From an uncultured archaeon (GTDB lineage Archaea > Asgardarchaeota > Lokiarchaeia > Sigyniarchaeales > Promethearchaeaceae), in NCBI GenBank assembly GCA_964426185.1, contig CAYRPF010000034.1, forward strand, positions 1-31,873: a DNA stretch of 31,873 bases. The letters are read 5' to 3'. Under the pieces are notes generated by a model that was not told where the DNA came from, searched no databases, and saw only the letters and a program-made list of their open reading frames with translations. Positions within the stretch are counted from its first letter, which is position 1. Each line of letters starts with the position of its first letter. Below, piece by piece: positions 27,238 to 31,873 of the stretch. A program made the translations under genes and the position numbers.

Positions 27238-28176
27238 TCATACATTCTCAATCTTTTTATCAGAATATTTTTCAACTTTTTCTTCTTTGAATTCCCTCCA
27301 TGTCACTTCTAAGGGATCTCTCGGCGGAATCCGATTATATTTATATTTTGGATAACCTACAACAAAAACACTCCACGGAAAATAGCCTTTAGGAATACCA
27401 CAAAATTTTCTGATTTTTCGAAGTCTCATCATGACTTCTTGTGCAATACCAATCCAACATGTTCCCAATCCTAAGCTTTCGGCCGCTAACATTCCGTAGG
27501 TGGTAATAATCCCACTATCACAGCCGGCTAAATTACCGTATTTAGGAGAATAAATAATAACAACACACGGTGCATCAAAGAAAATTGGATCTAATCCAGC
27601 TTTAGAATTGGTCAGAAGACGATTTATAGAATACGAAATCCGATGATCGTATAATGTGCGCCTAAGAGGTGTGAGAAGGAGTAATTTTCGGATAAGCCAA
27701 TTTTGGGTGATTTTCTGAGTGATTGCAATCGCATAAATAATTTGCTTAGATAGAAGTTGTATTTCTTTTTTATCTGTGATTACCAATAATTTCCAATTAC
27801 GAGCATTTCTTGCGCTGGGAGCATAGCGCATGGTGCTTAAAATCTTTTCAATAAGGCCATAAGGTACTTTTTTAGATGAAAAATGCCGAATCGAGCGCTT
27901 GTTCCGAAGGAAATTATCTAAAGAATTATATGAAGGCTTCATTTCAAGAAAATTGGGAGGAATCGGAGATGATTTAAAATCTCCTTGATATATAATACAG
28001 TTTACAGGACAAATTGCTAAACAATGACCGCATTGGATGCATAATTGATTAGGATCCGCGAAATTAATCTGAGTAGACCCATCTTGAATAATATGCGAAA
28101 ACAGTTGAGAAGGACAATCAACCACACATTTTTTACAATTAATACATTTAGAATAATCGATTCCGGTAATCTGCAT
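27238..28176 (-). CDS. Nitroreductase with N-terminal 2x[4Fe-4S] ferredoxin domain (start probably MQITG at 28176)
   Basis: CINCKKCVVDCP and CIQCGHCLAICP; KRSIRHF, YAPSARN, LAAESLGLGTCWIG, VGYP. Confidence 0.93.
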   Translation of the reverse strand: MQITGIDYSKCINCKKCVVDCPSQLFSHIIQDGSTQINFADPNQLCIQCGHCLAICPVNCIIYQGDFKSSPIPPNFLEMKPSYNSLDNFLRNKRSIRHFSSKKVPYGLIEKILSTMRYAPSARNARNWKLLVITDKKEIQLLSKQIIYAIAITQKITQNWLIRKLLLLTPLRRTLYDHRISYSINRLLTNSKAGLDPIFFDAPCVVIIYSPKYGNLAGCDSGIITTYGMLAAESLGLGTCWIGIAQEVMMRLRKIRKFCGIPKGYFPWSVFVVGYPKYKYNRIPPRDPLEVTWREFKEEKVEKYSDKKIENV

Positions 28177-28437
28177 CGTGTTATATATAATTAGATTAGA
28201 TTCTTTATATTTATTCTCTTTTAATTTTTTTTCACCCAAAATTGTACTTTCCTAAGTCATTAGTGGGATGACATTCCACTATTACATTGTAATATGATTC
28301 TGTGGTCACCCCTTTGGTGCATGGTTGTATTGCAAATCCCACAATACTTTTAGATAATGATGAAAGTAATATTTAGGGTAAAAAGAAAAGAAAAAATTGA
28401 TGATTTTCAGATGATTTTTCTATACTTCTAATCATAC

Positions 28438-29562
28438 TTAGGTCGTTGTAGATGTTTTTTCGGCTACTTTCTTGGCTTTCTGCAATGCATAATATTCATC
28501 CTTCATCAAATCCAAAGCTTTCACCAATGCAGTGGGATTTTGAGCACGGGTACGATACTGCTTTCTAATCACATCCAGCATATAGCGGGGGTAGAATTTC
28601 TCGATATAGAAATCACTTACCAAACAGTAATATTCATTCCCTTTATCATCTTGAAAAACTGCAATCATCCGATTCTCCCAGAATTTCTTCAAAGACTGAT
28701 CTAAATCTTCTACTCCTTTTTTCCTGAGCTTCTCCAAATCGTTACGAGTTACCATGGCTTCTCTGAGGAGTTTAAGAATTTCATAGCACTGCGGATCCAG
28801 CATAATATTTTGGATTATTTCTAAATTATCCTTATCGGAGGGAACGTAGTTCAGGAAGAAATTTCGAACTTCCTTGAGATAAGAATCCTTGAGAGAGGAA
28901 GGCAAATGCCGATCTTCGGGATCTTTGATAAGATTCTTCGGAGGATAGCGTAACATCATTATATCTTGACCCAAAAAGATCATATCAGAAGAAAGCCCCT
29001 TTACGGATGAAATTTGAATCAATCCTACTTGAATCATACTCGTGAGAACATTTTCGACATCCACAAAGCCATCCCGGTATTGATCCTTCAACCAGATTGC
29101 AATTTCAGATTTACTGACGGTAGCTTCCTCTCGTAGACGCTGTAGAATCATCCGTTTGATTTCACTTTCGTATTGCATGCAAAGTCGCTGTTCTTCGGTA
29201 AGAGTGGGGAAAACAGACAGTCGTTGAAAGAGGGGAGGAAGTAAAGCGTCAAAATTTCCCGAATCCAAATTTGCAACAATCTGTCGCGATACTTCAACCA
29301 GCATCTCTTCGTAAACATCTCCATCTTCTTCGGCAGTTAGAAGTAATATAATATAAACCGCCGATTCAGGGCCTGTGTAATAAGAAGCTAAGTTGATGGC
29401 GCCCGCAGTAATAGAAACCAACCCAGGTTCGCCGGTGAATTCATGCTGAGAATACAGCTGCATCAAAGTTTTTTCCTGGATGGTTACTTCGCTGGGATAT
29501 GTCCCCAGAATTTCCACACCCATCCGTTCATCCCAGTGCATTAACACTATTCCAGTAGGCAT
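28438..29562 (-). CDS. Longin/uDENN-like N-terminal domain plus probable winged-helix regions (NPR2/DENN-like); start probably MPTG at 29562
   Basis: GIVLMHWDERMGVEILGTYP resembles the uDENN/longin first hairpin (F/W-D-x3-G-x-E/P-x4-YP); two wHTH-like segments; GGAGG SD within the upstream gene's last codons. Confidence 0.65.
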   Translation of the reverse strand: MPTGIVLMHWDERMGVEILGTYPSEVTIQEKTLMQLYSQHEFTGEPGLVSITAGAINLASYYTGPESAVYIILLLTAEEDGDVYEEMLVEVSRQIVANLDSGNFDALLPPLFQRLSVFPTLTEEQRLCMQYESEIKRMILQRLREEATVSKSEIAIWLKDQYRDGFVDVENVLTSMIQVGLIQISSVKGLSSDMIFLGQDIMMLRYPPKNLIKDPEDRHLPSSLKDSYLKEVRNFFLNYVPSDKDNLEIIQNIMLDPQCYEILKLLREAMVTRNDLEKLRKKGVEDLDQSLKKFWENRMIAVFQDDKGNEYYCLVSDFYIEKFYPRYMLDVIRKQYRTRAQNPTALVKALDLMKDEYYALQKAKKVAEKTSTTT

Positions 29563-29563
29563 T

Positions 29564-31873
29564 TTAGACACCTCCTAATTCTTCTTCAGAAGAAACTTCT
29601 TTGCTTGATTTTCCACCTAAGATGGAAGAAGGATCAATATCCAACATTTCCCAAGCATCTCCCAACCTTTCGATGATTTCATCGCTGATAGATAATGTGA
29701 GATCCTCATCAGAAATCGGTTTATCACCGGAGATCAACTTCTTAGTGCGGTCAATCTGCTTAATAATCAATGGAATTCTCGCATAGCGAATGTATCGGGT
29801 TGTTCCCGCAATTGCCACCGCAATCAAAGCCACACTGCCTCCGATGTAGACAAAAATTTTGGGTACTCCAACATTTCCGATAGTAAATTCTGGAGGAGTT
29901 ACTGATATAGTAATATCAAAAGGTGCAATCGTGTAATTGGCTTTAGTCACAGTAATGGTGGCAGTATCGGTAATTGCAGCCACTAACGCATTATATTCTT
30001 CGGAATTGGTATCAATAACATAACGATAGACTCCCGAAGTGTTAGTTTCCGGAATTGAAATATCCTTTCCTCGGTAATGCATTGTAACAGTAGCACCAGT
30101 GAGCGGAGCATTATCGACCGGGTCGGTCAAGTTAAATTCGATTACAATTAAGTTTCCTTCCGGCGTTTCAGCCACCTTAGAAGAAATTTGATCCCCTAAT
30201 TCCACAACCACCGGTCGTTCTTTGATGATGAGTGTTATGGTAGCAGATCGGGTGACAAAGTTGGTTTTACCGATGTAAATCGCAATTAAATACGTTCCCA
30301 CCGGTTTGCTAACGGTATTAAAATCTAACCGATAAAGTCCATTATTCATGTCTGTCAGCAATCCCGAATGAGTACCTGAATCATCTTCCCATTCATAGTA
30401 TTTAGTATTTGCCCCAGTAATTGCTGTTGTATCCACTTCATTATAGGAAATATAGAAGAAATGGCTGGTACTGACATTAATCTCCACATCTTCCCTTAGG
30501 AAAATCGTGTTGTTGATCCGAGTCTGCACCGGTAAAATTACAAGATAGAAGGTAATCGTTTGAGATATGTATTGATATTTCTCAGCTGTGACATAAATAG
30601 TGTAGCTACCCACACCCAAGAAATCAGTAGAATTCAAAGTTATGGTATATTGACCAGTTGTAACATGTGATAATGTTCCTTCTAAGCCAGCCTGCTGTCC
30701 TACCGTAAATGAAACTAAACCATCGGTAATTCCTAGTGTACGATAGGTGTCTGTAAACTGGACTGATAGGTCCAGAGTATCCCGCCAATTGATAGTATAG
30801 TTGGTCTGAGTGGTGGAGAAACTGGTAGGTATCACCAAAACTTGAATGGTCAATACCAACTGCTGGGTTTCATACTGATTCTTCGTGGCAGAAATTCTGA
30901 AATTATAGGTACCGGCTTGACCGAAATCAAGCGACTTCAGATCAAAGGTATATAATCCATTGTTTTGACTGGTAAGATAGCCGGAAGATACCGCCAGAGA
31001 AGCAGAATAGTAGGAAAGCGTTGCAGTTCCGATTCCCACTGGAGAACCAATGATATTTTCGAACGAAACGGTCAGGTTTATTGTTTCTTCCCAATAAAGT
31101 GTAATCGTATCATTTGTATAATCCGAAGTAAGCTGGGTGGGAATCTTCAAAATGGTTACCGTTATCACCAAGGTTCGGGAAGCATATTGGGGTTTAGATG
31201 CCGAAACTTCAAAGGTATAGGTGCCGGCTTGGCCGAAATTTAACGATTCTTGAGGTAATACATATGTACCGTTGTTTAAATTGCTGAAAACTCCAGAATC
31301 TGAATAATCCCCGGTACCGCTAACCACATAACTGATAATGGCACCTGAATCTATGGCTACAGGATTTTGCGAATCGTAAACATCGAAATAATCCACCGCT
31401 AATGTGAAATTCATTTCCCAGTAAATAGTAACTTTGGATGCATTTGAGGTAAAATTAACCGGTCGGATACCTATATCGATATTGATTACCAGAGATTGAG
31501 TCTCATACTGATTTTTAGTGGCGGTGATTACAAATGAATAGGTTCCATTCGTGCCAAAATAGGTAGTGTTGAATTCAATAACATAGGCATCGCTTGTGAT
31601 CGAATTTTCAATAGATCCACTATATTCAGGGTGTCCAGTAACCGTATACGTAACCGAACCATCCGTGATGTTGAGCCCGTTATCTTCATCGAAATAAACC
31701 ACCGATATCGAAAAGTTGTCATTCCATGCCACTGAAATCGTATCACTCGATGTTGTCAATGTAGTGTTAATTACTGCAATATTAACCGAAATTGAAATAG
31801 TCTGAGTCTGATACTGGCTTAGTTGGGCAGTTATTAGATATGTATAGGTTCCAGCTACAAATTGGCCACCTTC
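29564..31873 (-). CDS. C-terminal part of a giant Ig-like-repeat surface protein with one TM helix and an approximately 75-aa cytoplasmic tail (5'-truncated by the window)
   Basis: Frame is open to 31873 (EGGQFVAGTYTYLITA...); about 100-aa repeats ending GTY.F...A.K.QY.TQ; sequon-rich; TM IFVYIGGSVALIAVAIAG followed by RYIRYARIP. Confidence 0.9.
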   Translation of the reverse strand, partial: EGGQFVAGTYTYLITAQLSQYQTQTISISVNIAVINTTLTTSSDTISVAWNDNFSISVVYFDEDNGLNITDGSVTYTVTGHPEYSGSIENSITSDAYVIEFNTTYFGTNGTYSFVITATKNQYETQSLVINIDIGIRPVNFTSNASKVTIYWEMNFTLAVDYFDVYDSQNPVAIDSGAIISYVVSGTGDYSDSGVFSNLNNGTYVLPQESLNFGQAGTYTFEVSASKPQYASRTLVITVTILKIPTQLTSDYTNDTITLYWEETINLTVSFENIIGSPVGIGTATLSYYSASLAVSSGYLTSQNNGLYTFDLKSLDFGQAGTYNFRISATKNQYETQQLVLTIQVLVIPTSFSTTQTNYTINWRDTLDLSVQFTDTYRTLGITDGLVSFTVGQQAGLEGTLSHVTTGQYTITLNSTDFLGVGSYTIYVTAEKYQYISQTITFYLVILPVQTRINNTIFLREDVEINVSTSHFFYISYNEVDTTAITGANTKYYEWEDDSGTHSGLLTDMNNGLYRLDFNTVSKPVGTYLIAIYIGKTNFVTRSATITLIIKERPVVVELGDQISSKVAETPEGNLIVIEFNLTDPVDNAPLTGATVTMHYRGKDISIPETNTSGVYRYVIDTNSEEYNALVAAITDTATITVTKANYTIAPFDITISVTPPEFTIGNVGVPKIFVYIGGSVALIAVAIAGTTRYIRYARIPLIIKQIDRTKKLISGDKPISDEDLTLSISDEIIERLGDAWEMLDIDPSSILGGKSSKEVSSEEELGGV

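Noticed and set aside
28260-28349. Minus-strand KYCGIC...C zinc-ribbon-like peptide
   Set aside because: An in-frame TAA immediately precedes it, so there is no start codon ahead of the CxxC
28355-28430. Box C/D sRNA (two TGATGA motifs)
   Set aside because: No properly placed CTGA D boxes on the same strand
1044-31746. Short overlapping or antisense ORFs in the track (e.g. 1543-1800, 8836-9288, 18859-19179, 22103-22396, 30965-31243)
   Set aside because: Shadows of well-supported genes, with no motifs or start signals
28438-31873. Somewhat higher GC as evidence of a horizontally acquired island
   Set aside because: No mobility genes or boundary repeats; Thr/Gly/Ala-rich protein composition can explain it

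Overview
AT-rich archaeal chromosomal DNA that reads as an Asgard archaeon, most likely Lokiarchaeia. This is inferred from tandem archaeal histones, TATA/leaderless-type promoters, oligo-T terminators, longin/roadblock-like modules and a giant single-pass Ig-repeat protein. Housekeeping content: tRNA-Cys(GCA) divergent from cysS, a sugar-phosphate nucleotidyltransferase, threonine aldolase, an acyl-CoA ligase, an ATP-grasp enzyme, a ferredoxin-nitroreductase, a stand-alone tRNA-binding OB fold and two histones. No CRISPR array, rRNA, transposase or integrase was seen. Most interesting: (1) a P2A-like P-type ATPase with intact catalytic motifs that has lost the Ca2+ site II ligands (PEGL to PLNF), overlapping tail-to-tail with a DedA/VTT gene; (2) a cytoplasmic IFT52-like GIFT-domain protein with a coiled-coil tail; (3) a giant Ig-repeat surface protein translationally coupled to a longin/DENN(NPR2)-like protein; (4) a duplicated AACGTTC-N19-GAACRTT operator between a wHTH regulator and an unknown 92-aa protein; (5) a histone locus with a structured 5' leader, opposite codon skew in the two paralogs and a swapped R-T pair; (6) a tRNA-Cys with an A18/G55 elbow swap. 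All family assignments come from motif recognition by eye, not database searches.
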